Of a DNA stretch of 64,000 bases, positions 12,761 through 25,944 are shown one piece after another; within the stretch, counting starts at the first letter, position 1, and the number at the start of each line of letters is the position of its first letter. The DNA comes from Mobula birostris (Eukaryota), in contig NC_092375.1 of the NCBI RefSeq assembly GCF_030028105.1, positions 91,733,450 to 91,797,449 on the forward strand. The letters are read 5' to 3'. Under the pieces are notes generated by a model. The model worked only from the letters and a program-made list of their open reading frames with translations, did no database searches and was not told where the DNA came from. Both the position numbers and the translations under genes were made by a program.

Positions 12761-15227
12761 ACTACATGTCCGTTTATGGCCAAGTCTTGGACGTTGAGGC
12801 TAAAGAGATCAATGGCAAATTAATAGGCTAGGGCATTTCAAGGTAAAGGAGAAGATAGTGTTGGGTCTTGTAAAGAGTATTAGTTAATTATTTTTTATTG
12901 AGATGCTATGCAGAATAGGCCCTTCTGGTGAGATGGGTTAGTCGCCAGGGCCTGTTGGGATATATCCCAGGTTATCCTAATAGGCAAGAGGTTGCTGGGG
13001 CCTTGACCAATATCTTCATGTCCTCTGTAGCAACAAGTAAGGTCTTGGAGGACTGGCGAGTAGTCCAAAAGAGGAACCAGGTGTAATCGTGGAAATTGGT
13101 GAGTCTCACAACAGTGTTAGGGAAGTTACTGGAGAGGATTTTAGAAGTTTCTTAGGAATAAGATTAATGAGCATTTGAAAAGCCATGGCCCAGTTAGGGA
13201 GAGCCAGCATGGCTTTGTATGGGGCAAGTCAAATCTTATTAACTTACTAAGTTAATTGAGTTTTTAATGAGTTGACAAGGGTGACTGATGAAGGTAAAGG
13301 TATGAATATTGTCTACATAGATTTTACTAAGACGATTGATAAGGTCACTCATGAGAAGCTCTTCCAGAAGATTACAATGCATGGAATCTATGGTGAATTG
13401 CCATTTGGATTCATAACTGGCTAGCCCACAGATGAGAGTGTAGTAGTCGAAAGGACTTTTTGCTGAGGTCTGTGATTAGTGATATTCTACAGGGATCGGT
13501 ACTGGGATCTCTGCTGTTTATGATATATATAAGTGACCAGGATGAAAATAAATGAGTGAGTTAGTTAGCTTGCAGATGATATGAAGATTGGTGGTGTTGT
13601 GGATAGCATAGAATACTGGCAAAAAATACAGCGAGATATACATCCGTTGCAAATATGGGTGGATAAATGGCAGATGGAGTTTAATTTGGCCAAATGTGAA
13701 GTGTTGCACCTTTGTAGGTAAATGTAAGGAGACTGTACACTATTAAGGAAAAGACCCTTAGCAGTGCTGATGAGCAGAGGGATCTTGGGGGCCAGGTTCA
13801 CTGCTCCTCGAAAGTGACTGCACAGGTTGATAGGGTGGTTAAGAAGGCATATAGTATCCTTGCTTTTATTAGTCGAGGCAACAGTCAGGAAGTTATGTTG
13901 CAGCTTTATAGAACTCTAGTTAGGCCGCATCTGCATTATTGCATACAGTTTTGGTTAGCCCATTATACTGTAGGAAAGATGTGAAAGCTTTGGAGGGGGT
14001 GCAGAAGAGGTTTACCTGGATTAGAGGGCATGTGATATATTGAGAGCTTGAAGAAACTTGGTTTGTTTTCTTTGGCGAGGCAGAGGCTGAGGGTGCTCTA
14101 ATATGAGGTTTATCAGATTATGAGAGAGAGAGAGAGAGTAGACAGTCATCATCTTTTACCCACTCTTGAAATGTCTAATACCAGAGAACATGTATTTAAG
14201 GTGAGAAGGGGTAAGTTTAAAAGGAGGAATAAGAGGCAAGTTTTTTTTACACAGTGGGTGTGCTGGGTGCCTGGAATGCCATGCCTGGAGTGGTGGTAGA
14301 GGCCAATATACTTGGGACTTTTAAGAGACATTTAAATAGGCACATGAATGTGAGGGAATTGGAAGCATATTGACATCTTGTAGGCTGAAGGGATTAGTTT
14401 AGTTGGCCTTTTGATTACTAATTTAATTGGTTCGGCATGGAATTTTGGGCTGAAGGGCCTGTTCCCGTGCTGTATTACTCTATGTTCTGATATTCTCTTT
14501 AAATAGTTTTTGGTTCTTAAAGCAAATATTTAAATCTAGGATTGTGTGGCGACTTTACCAGAAGAATAAATTTCTCCTTACCTGCTCTATCATGTGAATA
14601 TTTTCATAGTGGTTTTCCTTAACCAAATCCATTTGTGCCAGAATGCATGGTTATGTACAGAAAGCTGCAGGGCATCTGTCCTCAAAAAGGAGACACTAAG
14701 TTAGCATGTAAGGAATTAGAAAGGAACATCTTGCTACATATATTCAGGATGTTAATATGACCATAACAGGAGTACTCTGAGTAGTTTTAGTCTTCTATTT
14801 AGAGCTTGGTATTCTTAGTTAGAAACAGTATAAAGAATGCTCATTACAATGATTCATGGATAAAGAGATTGTTTTCTGAAGGGTGTTTGAATAATGTGGG
14901 CCTCTAGTCATTGAAGTTTAGAAGAATGAGAGGTGAAAAGGTGTAAGGTTCTAAGGGAAATTAATAGAGTAAATGTTTTGCCTCATGGGGGAGTCTAGAA
15001 CTGGTGATAAGGCTTTAGAATTTGCACTTCAGATGAAATTGAGAATGAATTTATTTTCTCAGAAGGTTGTATATCGTTGGAATTCTATATCCTGGAGAGC
15101 TTTTGAGAAAAAAAATCGTTGAATATCAACACTGATTTTTGGACTCTCCGGGCATCAAGTATTTTAAGATTATCCAGCAAAATTGAGTTAAGGCCATACT
15201 CCAATCAGCTGTGATCTTACTGAATAG

Positions 15228-16570
15228 AACATCGAACAGTACAGCACAAAAACAGGCCCCTTTGGCCCAAAATGTTGTGCTGAACCAGCTAAAAAGTAAA
15301 TCAAAAAAACCCAAAAATGAATCCCTCCTATCTACACAATGTCCATAGCCCATTCGTCTTTGTCGCATTCATGTGCCTATCTAAACCTCTCTTGAAAGCC
15401 TGTCACAAACAAGATGCTGAGATGCTGGAAATCCAAGCAACACACACAAAATGCTGGAGGAACTCAGCAGGCCAGGCAGCATCGATGGAAGAGAGTACAG
15501 TCAATGTTTTGGTCCAAGACCCTTTGACAGAACTGGAGAAAAAGTGCTGAGGAGTAGATTTAAAAGATGGGGAAAGGGGAGAGAGAAACACCAGGTGATA
15601 GGAGAAACCTGAAGAGGGAGGGATGAGTAAATAGCTGGGAAGCTAATTGGTGAAAGAGATACAGGGCTGGAGAAGGGGGAGTCTGATAGAAGAGGAGAGA
15701 AGGCCATGGAAGAAAGAAAGGGGGGAAAAGCACTAGAGGGAGGCGATCAGCCATGAATAGACATATTGGAATGTTAATAGGAAGTGGGATTAAAATGAGT
15801 GACCACTGGGAGATCCTGCTTTTTCTGGTGGATGGAGTGTAGGTGCTCAGCGAAGCCATCTCCCAATCTATGTCAGGTCTCACTGATATACAGGAGGCCA
15901 CATCAGGAGCACCAGACAGTGTATGACCCCAGCAGACCAACAGGTGAAATGTTGCCTCACCTGGAAGGACTGCTTGGGGTCCTGAATGGTAGTGAGGGAG
16001 GAGGTGTAGGGGCAGGTGTTGCACTTGTTCCACTTGCAAGGATAAGTGCCAGGAGGGAAATCACTGGGGAGGGACGAAGAGACGAATGGACGAGAGATCC
16101 CTGTGTAAAGCAGAAAGTGGGGCTGGGGGGGAGAGGGAAAGGGGTGCTTGGTGGTGGAATCCCATTGGAGATAGCAGAAGTTGTGGAGAATTATATGTTG
16201 GACGCAGAGGCTGGTAGGGTGGGCTGAATGCCTCTAATATATTCGTCTCTATCACAATACCAGGCATACACCACTTTCTGAGTTAAAAAAAACTTGCTCC
16301 TCGCATCCCCTTTCACATTTTTAGACATTTGAACCTTGGAACCCTTTTTAATCTATGCCTCTCATAATTGAAAAAACCTCTATCAAATCTCCTCTCAGCC
16401 TCTACCACTCTAGAGAAAACAGCCGAAGTTTGTTCAGCTTTTCATGATAGCACATGCCCTCTAAACCAGGCAGTATCCTGGTAAACATCATCTGCACCCT
16501 CTCCAAAGCCTCACATTCTTCGCGTAGTGGGGTGACCAGAACTGTATGCAATACTCCAGATGTGGCCAGC
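15228..16570 (-). mobile_element. CR1 3' fragment split by a Penelope insertion
   Basis: Tail tagaacatcgaac..., then typical CR1 3' UTR and RT C-terminus, resuming at 16226. Confidence 0.7.
15403..16225 (-). mobile_element. Penelope-like element 3' part (GIY-YIG and pseudo-LTR)
   Basis: Homologous to 50843-51900; CGLLYI-type GIY-YIG remnant and the gatgctgcctggcctgctgagttcctccagc terminus. Confidence 0.8.
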
Positions 16571-16893
16571 TCACTCTCTTATTCTTAAGTTGTCAGATCA
16601 CATGAATCCCCATTTTCATCCATCGTATCCTTCTCTTGGCCGATTTATGCAAATGAATTGTCCATTGGCTAGAATGGTCCATGGTATTTTAGTTATAGAT
16701 TGACCAGTCATTTGTTTCAGTATGTCTTGAGTTACATAGAACCCAATCCATCTCTGAAAATTCGTCATCCTTGTTAACATCTTTCCAAGAGAGGTTGCTG
16801 ATGGTAATATGAATAGATTGGCAAACAAGCAATGTAACTGGGTCCCTTAATCTGCAGAGTTGTTCCATACTGACAAAATGATTTCCTCCATAG

Positions 16894-17004
16894 GAATTGA
16901 CCAAACGTGAGGCAGAATACATGGCACTGTCCAGAGACACCACTGAGACAGACCTTAAGCAGCGCAGAGAAATACGGGCGGGAACAGCATTTTATGTTGA
17001 TCAG
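16894..17004 (+). CDS. VWA8: VWA8 internal coding exon (probably equivalent to human exon 4), 111 bp, phase 0-0
   Basis: Manual translation ELTKREAEYMALSRDTTETDLKQRREIRAGTAFYVDQ matches my recollection of the first AAA module of vertebrate VWA8. Acceptor tttcctccatag|GAA, donor CAG|gtgagt. Splices in frame to the exon at 59957. Confidence 0.95.
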
Positions 17005-17609
17005 GTGAGTAATACTTGGCTTATAAATTAATTCATTTGCTAACATGCACATGTTTTTGTTTTGAAAATTCATATCTTCATTGATGAAACAGAAAAGCAA
17101 AATCAGGATCAAATCAGAAGTGGTCGTAACATATGTATTAGCATTAGAAAAAGGGCTGTGAAAAAGGAATTTAAGTACAAGTATGATGAAAGAATTTTGC
17201 AATTCAAATGGGATTTGTTGAGGCTAAAGGTGTAAGTTGACATTTTGGATCAAGAAACTAGATTATTATCAGGTTGCACAATCTGAAACTTTGGCAGACT
17301 CCTTTTGCCTTCATGGATGCTGCTCGACCTGCTGAGTTGTTTCAGTTTTGCAGTTGGGATCTCTAACTCAACAAACAAACTCCTGTTTTCCACTTACACA
17401 ATTTTTTCCTTTGTCCCTATTTTCTCTACTCCTTAGAAAATGTTCATCTCTATTATTCTCTGTTATCATACCTACAACTTGACAACTTTTGGCTATAGTA
17501 ATTCAATAGCAAATCACACACTACTTCTCTATCCTGCATACATCACCAGAACAATTCATGTGCAAAAAAAGCAAATGTAGTTCTAGACCATATCTTTAAG
17601 CATCACAAA

Positions 17610-18460
17610 TTTACCTCCTCCATTCTCTCCGCTTTCTTAGAAATCGCTTCCTCCATGATTCCCTTGTCCATTTATCCCTCCCCACTAATCTCCATCCCAG
17701 CACTTAACCCTGCAAGTAGTCAAAGTGCTACACCTGTTTATTCTCCTCCTTCCTCACCTCCAAACAGTCCTTCCAGGTGAGGCAACACTTTACCTGCGAA
17801 TTTGCTGGGATCGTCTATTATGTCTGATGCTCCCGATGGGCCTCCTTTACATTGGTGGGACCTGTCATAAATTGGGGGACTGCTTCATCAAACACCTCCG
17901 CTCCATCCACCAAAAGCAGAACTTCTCGGTAGCCAAATATTTTAATTCCAAATCCCTTTACTGTTTGAACACGTCAGTCCATGGTCTCCTTTTGTGTCAT
18001 GATGAGGCCACCACCTTATATTCTGTCTGGATAGTCTCAAACCTGATATTATGAATATTGATTTCTCCTTCCTGTAAAAAAAGTCCCTCCTCCTCCTCTT
18101 TTTTTCTATTCCTCACTCTGGCCTCTTACCTCTTCTCGCCTGCCTAACACTTCCCCTTGGGTCTTCTCCTTCCCTTTCTCCTATGGTCTATGGTCCACTC
18201 TCCTCTCCTATCAAGATTCCTTCCTCTCTAGCCTTGTGTCATTCCAACCCACCTGGTTTCACCTATCACCTTCTAGCTATCTCCATCCTCTGCTCCCACC
18301 TTTTTATACTGGCGTCTCTCCCCTTCCTTTCCAGTCCTGAAGAAGGGTCTCGGCCTGAAATGTTTATTCATTTCCATGGATGCTGCCTGACCTGCTGAGT
18401 CACTCAAGCATTATATATGTGTTGCTTTGGATTTCCAGCATTTGCATAACTTCTCGTGCT
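17610..18460 (+). mobile_element. Penelope-like element 3' part
   Basis: GLLYIGGTCHKLGDCFIKH GIY-YIG motif, pyrimidine-rich 3' UTR, and a hammerhead-like core at 18337-18360. Confidence 0.8.
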
Positions 18461-19075
18461 TATGATTAATTGCTTCACCCCTTTTAAAGATCCTTGTTCT
18501 CTGCAATCTCCCAAAGGCACACCACAATGACAGCAAAAGCAACTTACATTCTATATCTTTAATATAAATATACAAGGTGCTTCATAAGTTGGTGTGTGCA
18601 TAATGGATATCCTGTGTACAACCGATAGATTTAAAACTAAGGGGAAATGAGGACTTGGGGCAATCAAACTGTGCCAGTGAGAAGATTTGTTCATCAATGA
18701 GAGGAATCAAACCAGTGAGGAAATGTGCAGCAGTCTAATTTGGGCTTTGTGATTTTAGAGAGAATTATCTGAAGTATCAGGTGACTGACACAACTCTAGA
18801 GTGAGAAATAAATAGTGGAAGTTGAATGTTTTAAGAGGAGGAGCACCTGGTGGATCGGGGAGAACTTGAAAAAGTTCAGAGATAACAGAAGCAAAGCCAG
18901 AAAGATATTCAAGATGAGGGTAAAGATAGTGAAAAGATGTCAGAGCAGCAAGAACTTGGTGTTGGATATATATTTGTGATAAAGTGTTGGTAAGGTCTTT
19001 GGAGGGTGGACAGTATTGGTATAATCTTATTTGTATGTGTCAAAGGAGTGTACAGGAGTTTCAGTGATAAAGGAT

Positions 19076-20010
19076 CAGAGAAGGGACATTTATAGGATGC
19101 GGAAGTGGGCTGAGAAGTGGCAGATGGAGTTCAACCTGGAGAAGTGTGAGGTGGTACACTTTGGAAGGACAAACTCCAAGGCAGAGTACAAAGTAAATGG
19201 CAGGATACTTGGTAGTGTGGAGGAGCAGAGGGATCTGGGGGTACATGTCCACAGTCGAGTGCATTCATGAGAGTACGTGACATTTAAGGAAGAATGTTTT
19301 TAATGTAACTTGGTAGTGTGGAGGAGCAGAGGGTTCTGGAGGTACATGTCCACAGATCCCTGAAAGTTGCCTCACAGGTAGATAGGGTAGTTAAGAAAGC
19401 TTATAGGGTGTTAGCTTTCATAAGTCGAGGGATGGAGATTAAGAGTGGCGAGGTAATGATTCAACTCTATAAAATTTTGGTTAGGCCACACCTGAAGTAC
19501 TGTGTCCAGTTCTGGTTGTCTCTCTATAGGAAGGATGTGGAAGCATTGGAAAGGGTATAGAGGAGATTTACCAGGTGGCTGCCTGGTTTAGAGAGTATGG
19601 ATTATGATCAGAGATTAAGGGAGCTAGGGCTTTGCTCTTTGGAGAGAAGGAGGATGAGAGGAGACATGATAGAGGTATACAAGATATTAAGAGGAATAGA
19701 TAGAATGTATAGCCAGCGCCTCTTCCCCAGGGCACCACTACTCAATACAAGAGGACATGGCTTTAAGGTAAGGGGTGGGAAGTTCAAGGGGGATATTAGA
19801 GGAAGGTTGTTTACTCAGAGAGTGGTTGGTGTGTGGAATGCACTGCCTGAGTCAGTGGTGGAGGCAGATACACTAGTGAAATTTAAGAGACTACTAGACA
19901 GGTATATGGAGGAATCTAAGGTGGGGGCTTATATGGGAGGCAGGGTTTAAGGATCGGCACAACATTGTGGGCCGAAGGGCCTTACTGTGCTGTACTATTC
20001 TTTGTTCTTT
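19076..20010 (+). mobile_element. CR1 LINE 3' ~0.9 kb
   Basis: WAEKWQMEFN..KCEV, LVRPHLKYCVQFW, LERRRMRGDMIEVYK and WNALP motifs; CR1 3' UTR. Confidence 0.92.
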
Positions 20011-21759
20011 CTTTGTGTTACGATAAATACAGTACAATTGTTTTCAGCAGTTGCACATTAGGGAAAAGGAAAATGTGCATGAAATTCTGCTCCTGATTAT
20101 TGTCAATTTTCTGCACTTTCTGTACTAGAATGGTTGGAAAATAGATAATGACTGGATCATGTTATCATGTTTAAATCATCCGCAGTTACAGAGTCCCATT
20201 GACATGAAAGATCACTGAAAGGCCTCGTGGGTCAGGCACCTTAAATGTTTTTAGCTCATTTGAAACGTAGTCCCACAAGGAATAAATCCTTTGGCTGAAA
20301 ACTGGTGATGGAAACCTTGTTCTCTTGTGCAATATTTGCAAACCTTCGACTCCTTACTGAAATTCATTAATTCCGTCGATACCTTGATTTGTTGAATTCC
20401 TGCGATTGGCGTCTTTCTTTATCCTACTATCATTGCCATGACGGACCTCAAAGTGTAGGCTGGTTATGAAATAGTGGGCGCACTCATTATGTAAAGCAGA
20501 ATCACAGATGACGTAAGCTAATAGTCAATGCATTTACACCTGTATAATGTTCCTATTTTCATGAAACAACCACATTTGATCTGATTGGGTAATATTGTAT
20601 AAGTTCTTTTGGTGTTATGAAAACATGGCTTAATTAATATAAACCCGTAGAAAGATGATAGTAAAGCCATCAGAATAGTGTGATTGTGTCATTACATAAA
20701 ATGCAATTTACTCAGTTTCTTTGAGGTGTCATATAGCATATGAGCTTGATCTTCATTGTGACTCTGATAATAATTACTGTCATTCTTGATATAAAGGGCA
20801 ACGTTTTCTGTAAAAAGTGCTGTAATTATATTCCTCTGTTTGAATAAGCAAGTATTACATTCCCTATATAAATATGAGATATTTAAGAGTTAAGTAATTA
20901 GTAGTTTTCATTTTTCCCCCCGAATAATGGTAGTTGACACATCTTCTGCACTCTTATTTGCAGCCTTTAAAGGCAGAGAGCTTTTGTATTATTAAAACAA
21001 AAATAATCAGTTGCAACTGTCAGAAAACTGTTTATTAATCTATACCCTAGTGTTGAATGGTTTCAAGTGTCCCTTTCCATAGAATTCAGAAGATCGCTTT
21101 TAAAAATGGCACGGAAATTTTGCTCTCAAAATTTGCTGTCACTAATATGACATTTCAAGTTCATGTTGTGAGAATATTTATGGCTAGAAAAGACTGGCTG
21201 CTCCAACAAATTTGTTGCTCATTTTGGTTGCTCCCAACCCACTCTCACACACATCTTCACAACTGTGTAGTCTCTAAGGAGAAGCAAAAAAAGGAACAAA
21301 AATAAACTTTGGAAGATTTCCCTCTAAGCATCTTCTAATGATCAAAGCCAGTTGAAGAGATTAGATGGATGGACATATATGGAGGAGATAGTAATTTACC
21401 CTTCTGTTTTGCCTTATCACACTCAGAAACTGTTCCAACATCTAATGAAATCATGAAGAGATGTACACACAATGTAGCCAGCAATACCTTCCAGAATTTT
21501 GTTAACCTCTGGAGAAATAAGAACTAACTAACTTTCGGTCTGTTTTCGTATTGTAATTTAAATGCCATCCACATCGTTAAGCTGTAAAAAATAATTGATA
21601 GACACACATTCCAGTCCCTTCATTATAAATCTCTATGGGGTCATCTTATATTAGCTTATCAAGCCTAGTTCAGTGATGATTCTATAAAGTTACTGCAAGA
21701 GATGTATGCTATTTTAAGAAGGATAATGAAGGGAGTATAAAGCCACAAATGAGATGTCA

Positions 21760-23005
21760 CTGGGCAACACCAAGAAAGATCTGTTTATGTGCACCATGCC
21801 TCCATCAAAACAACTTTTAGAGGACCTTAGAAGAAGAAATGTAGAGATGCTTGAAACTGGAAAAGGCTACAAGAGCATTTCTAAAGACCTGAGTGTTCCA
21901 CAGTCCTGCTGCAGAGCTGCGGCTGCCTGGCTGAGGCCTCCGATGGTCAGAGCTGACCATGGGTATTGCATCCTAGCTGTCTAGATATGGAGAGCAAGCT
22001 GTTGCCCATGTAGGAAATTCCCCATCTCCACGCATCTGTTGAACCCACAGGAACAGCAAAGACTGGTACATTTTGGTACAGCAGCATTGCAAGAGTTGCC
22101 AGTCAGCATTGAATTCATTGTAGGACTGCCTTAGGGCCTCCAGCTCTGGATATTTCCCTCAGCATTTACTCCCAAAGCCTTCCCCATGAGTGAGTATAAC
22201 TGAAAGGCAGTGGAGGTTTGAGATCAGAGTTTCCCTTCTAAATGAGCTACCATTCATGGCTGACAAGCCCCATCTGTCTGAAGCGACTGGTTTTAAGGTG
22301 CCAGTAACCCGCATTTGCCCTTTCTCTTGATAGTAGAAACGGTTCCACGGGGCTTAGTAGCTAAGCCACATGTGAAGGCCAGGAGTTGTACTTGGTCAGC
22401 AGAGGCTGCTTGAGGTGCATGGTAGTGGGAGCTTCACCCCCTTACCACACCTGGCTATAACCACCTTCAGTTCACAGTAAAAGAAATTGTCTACAAATGG
22501 AGGAATTTCAGTACTGTTGCTGCTCTCCCTAAGAGTGGGCATCCTGCAAAGATCACAGCAAGAGCACAATGTGCAATGCTGAAAGAGCTGAAAAAGAACC
22601 CAAGGGTAACTGCAAAACTCCTGTAGAAAATTCTAGAACTTGCTAAAGTCTCTGTTCGTGTGTCCACTATAAGAAAAAAACACTGAACAAAAATGGTGTT
22701 CACGGAAGAACACCACGGAGAAAACCACTGCTCTCATTGCTGCACGCCTCAAGTTTGCAAAAGACCATCTGGATGTTCTACAGTGCTTCTGCAACAATGT
22801 TCTGTGGACAGATGAGACAAAAGTTGAACTTTTTGGCAGGAATACATATTGCTATGTTTGAAGGGAAAAGGGCACTGCACATCAACACCAAAACCTCATC
22901 CCACTGTGAAGCATGGTGGAAGAAGCATCATGGTTTGGGGCTGCTTTGCTGCCTCAGGGCCTGGACAGTTGCAATCATCGAGGAACAATGAATTCAAAAT
23001 TGGTA
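21760..23005 (+). mobile_element. Tc1 transposase fragment (N-terminal half), interrupted at 21907-22467
   Basis: MPPSKQL.EDLRRR.VEM.E.GKGYKSISK paired-like domain; VLWTDETK and [14 protein letters not shown] catalytic motifs. Confidence 0.9.
21907..22467 (-). mobile_element. Non-autonomous bipartite RTE-derived retroelement (5' UTR fused to 3' end)
   Basis: Interrupts the Tc1 ORF, with cagtcc/cagttc at the junctions. The minus strand ends in an RTE-like tail (gacagctaggatgcaatacccatggtcagc...ggaggcctc) and has no ORF. Family call is from memory. Confidence 0.55.
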
Positions 23006-24109
23006 CTGATAGCATCCTGTGAATATGTGTAAAATTACAGATGGTGTTTATTAAAGCCAGACCATCCTTTGAGTGGAAATCATTACCCTGTTCATTGCAC
23101 ACAGTGATAATTATCTTACCTTGAGTTCCTTAGTTAGCATTTCAAGCTACATGCAGTGTAAGATTAGGAAATTCTTTTTTTGAAAGCTGCACATCAAAAA
23201 ATAGCAGTGAGATTTATGTACCCATGGCTGTTTGGTAACATGATCAGGGGGTAGTCTTTCTGCCCTCTTTCTCTTCTGTTGGAAGAGAAACAGAGAAAGA
23301 TCTGGTGGTTAGTTTAGGAGTCAGTCCAGGAAAGGAGGTTTGGCAGAATGAGATGTAATTCACCCATCAAAAGTGTACTGCTGATCAGAATCAAAGACTG
23401 AATAGGAAAAAATCAAGTATGTCTGGAGAATAGTTATGAGCGATATTACACCATTGTGTTCTTGTCCTTGAGAAAGGTCTGAATTTAAGTAAATTCAAGG
23501 TGAAACTTGATTGCATGTGTTGATTGATACCTTCAGAATATGCAGTAAGTCTTGCCTCCCTTGGTCTTACTAGATTCTGGAAAAAATAGAAGCTCCAGTT
23601 TATATCCCAGAAGGGTTTTATAATTATACCCTTGGGTCATGCTGCTGTATAATTAGATATCGGGTACTTATGGGTCCATTTATGAATAGAGGACTTTAAT
23701 TTTCATGCCATAAGAGTTGAAATTTCATCACACCCAAGATAATTAAGACTGATCAATACTGTTGATAGTTACGAACCCAAAGTGCTAGAAGCCTGAAATA
23801 AAGACAAAAATTAATCAGAAGGAAACTAAATTACAACCTGATTACCTGTTTTGGTATTTGAGAGTACAAAAATGTATATTTTTACTACATAACTGTAAAA
23901 CTGACCTTCAGAATTGTTAGTGAGTAGACATTTTTTGGAGACATTGTAAGTTGCTGTGGAAACACCTGCTCACTTGTTAAATTATGCTACCTGCTGGCTG
24001 TTCTTTTCCAACTGCCTTCATATATTCTTTACCAACAGTTTAAAAAAGGACTGATTTTTGCCTGAGGATTAAAACTTCCATGTGATTTAATCTAACTTGT
24101 TGTGTCATT

Positions 24110-24715
24110 AACCATAAGCACAAAGGATTCTACAGAGCAACACACATAAAATACAGGAGGAACTCAGCAGCTCAGGCAGCATCAATGGAAAGGGATAAAC
24201 AGTTGACATTTTGGGCCAAGGCCATTCTTCAGTTCTGGAAATCAAGGGGGAGGAAGCCAGAATAAGAAGGTGGGGGGAGTGGAAGGAATACAATCTAGAA
24301 AGTGATAGGTGAAGCCAGGTGGGTGGGAGAGGGGGGATGAAGTGAGCAGATGAGAGGTGATGGGTGGAAAAGATAAAAAGGCTGAAAAACAAGAAATCTG
24401 ATAGCAGAGGAGAGTGGACTATGGGAGAAAGGGAAGGAGGAGGGGAAACATTACCAGAAATTAGAGAAATCGATATTCATGCCATCAGGTTGGAGGCTAC
24501 CCGGATGAATATGAGTTGTTGCTCCTCCATCCTGAGAGTGGCCTCACCTTGGAAGTAGAGGAGGCCATGAACCAACAAGGTAAAGCCCTTGCCGAGGACA
24601 GAACATTCTGTGCTAGAGAGGGGAAGTCTGGAGGGGGTGGTGAAGACATGGCAGGGATTAGAGTTGGGTTTGGAGGGAGGAAGAGAGTTAGAGACATTAT
24701 GAACCATATCCAATT
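24110..24715 (-). mobile_element. Penelope-like element fragments
   Basis: EATLRMEEQQLIF C-terminal motif and terminal pseudo-LTR sequence; internally deleted. Confidence 0.75.
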
Positions 24716-25944
24716 TACTCTGAAGCTAAACATCACACAATTGCACAGATGTTAGTGCTGCCATTGCACAGTCGCAACAATTACAGTTCAGTCCTGACCT
24801 TGGGTGCTGTCCGTGTGAAGTTTGCATGGTCTCCTCAAGTTAATTGAAATAGGTGGCTTGCTGCATCAATCAGCAGGCAATTAACAGTCAACCAGTTTGC
24901 TGTGGGGTTTGGAGTCACACTTAAACCAGTACAGATTTACTTCCTGAAAGCTGTTGGTAAATCAGTTAAGTTTAAATGGAAACCTGATAATTTCATTGTC
25001 ACCATTACTGGTAATAACCTTCTATTCCACATTTGTTTATTAAATTAACTGAACTTAAATTCTTCACCCGTCACGTGGGATTTGAACTTTTGTCTAGATT
25101 TCAGATTTGTTAGTCCAAGCCTCTGGGATATTTGTCCAGTAACATGAGATCTATGCTTTTGTATCCTGTACCATAGTATATTCTAATTAATTATGTTTTG
25201 ATTAATATTGTATGGTCATATTTTGTTAGATAGTTGATTTAAAAAGTGAAATTATGCATACTGACATTTACTTGCTGTTGAGTTTCTGGCAAGCAGAAAT
25301 AGTAAGTAAACAGAATAGCAGGCAGTTCTAGCACAAATGTATGCTTCACAGTTGTGTAAGTGGTAGTTTTATCTGATGGGAAATCATATTGTGAAAGCTC
25401 GTCTATGCAATTAAAATACTATGATTATGGTATTTAATAGCACATTAGTATATGAGCCATAGAGCAGAACTCAAGGAAATTAGATGTTCAGTTCTTTAAT
25501 AACAATTGTATATATTTGAAAATATTAACAAAAGCTTTGCCTAAATGCATTAGAAGTGCTGTCATTTTTGTAATACACAGCAACTAATCTGGACATATCA
25601 GGTTTGTGTGTACTATCATGAGTTGAAAATGTAGGTGGCCTGTTTTTGCATATACTGGTTGAGTGTTTTTTTTTGCTGGGAAGGAATTTCACTCAATTCT
25701 TTGATACAGGTTTTGACTCCTGACCATGATTTAAAGTCATACCAAAAAGACAGAACCTTTCCAGCCCAGTGCTGTCTCTGGAGTCTGCGATCTAGCAGGA
25801 GCTCCAGTGAAAGAATGGTTTTGCCAGTTTTGTAACGTCAGCATAGATTATACGTTCCACTGTCTGGAATACTCTGAAATTCCCAAGTGCTGGAATAGTA
25901 AGAAGTGGAGCTTCCGCTGTGCTGAGGGTGACATTACACAGAAC

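Larger units (their letters stand above)
9165..14490 (+). mobile_element. CR1 LINE ORF2 and 3' UTR, interrupted by nested insertions
   Basis: ITETW endonuclease motif, LDLVLA..GDHN, KALYRYVKGK, RT-region remnants at 13000-13900, and a CR1 3' end gggcctgttcccgtgctgta..ctatgttct. Confidence 0.85.

Noticed and set aside
14122-14138. (GA)n run and poly-G tracts (9485-9497, 10093-10103)
   Set aside because: Short simple repeats expanded inside decayed CR1 sequence; unremarkable.
1-16893. Upstream VWA8 exon (…WIMQKDLLGQDVFLIGPPG…) and downstream exon (…IVRVSENFRVIALGLP…)
   Set aside because: Neither was found by eye in 1-16893 or 60125-64000; they presumably lie outside the window.
16689-17202. 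Minus-strand ORFs of 84 and 142 aa
   Set aside because: These are antisense shadows of the VWA8 exon plus AT-rich intron, with no recognisable domain.
25700-25835. Possible cryptic exon after ctttgatacag
   Set aside because: No similarity to VWA8, and an in-frame stop occurs before any convincing donor. The two real exons are already contiguous in the protein.
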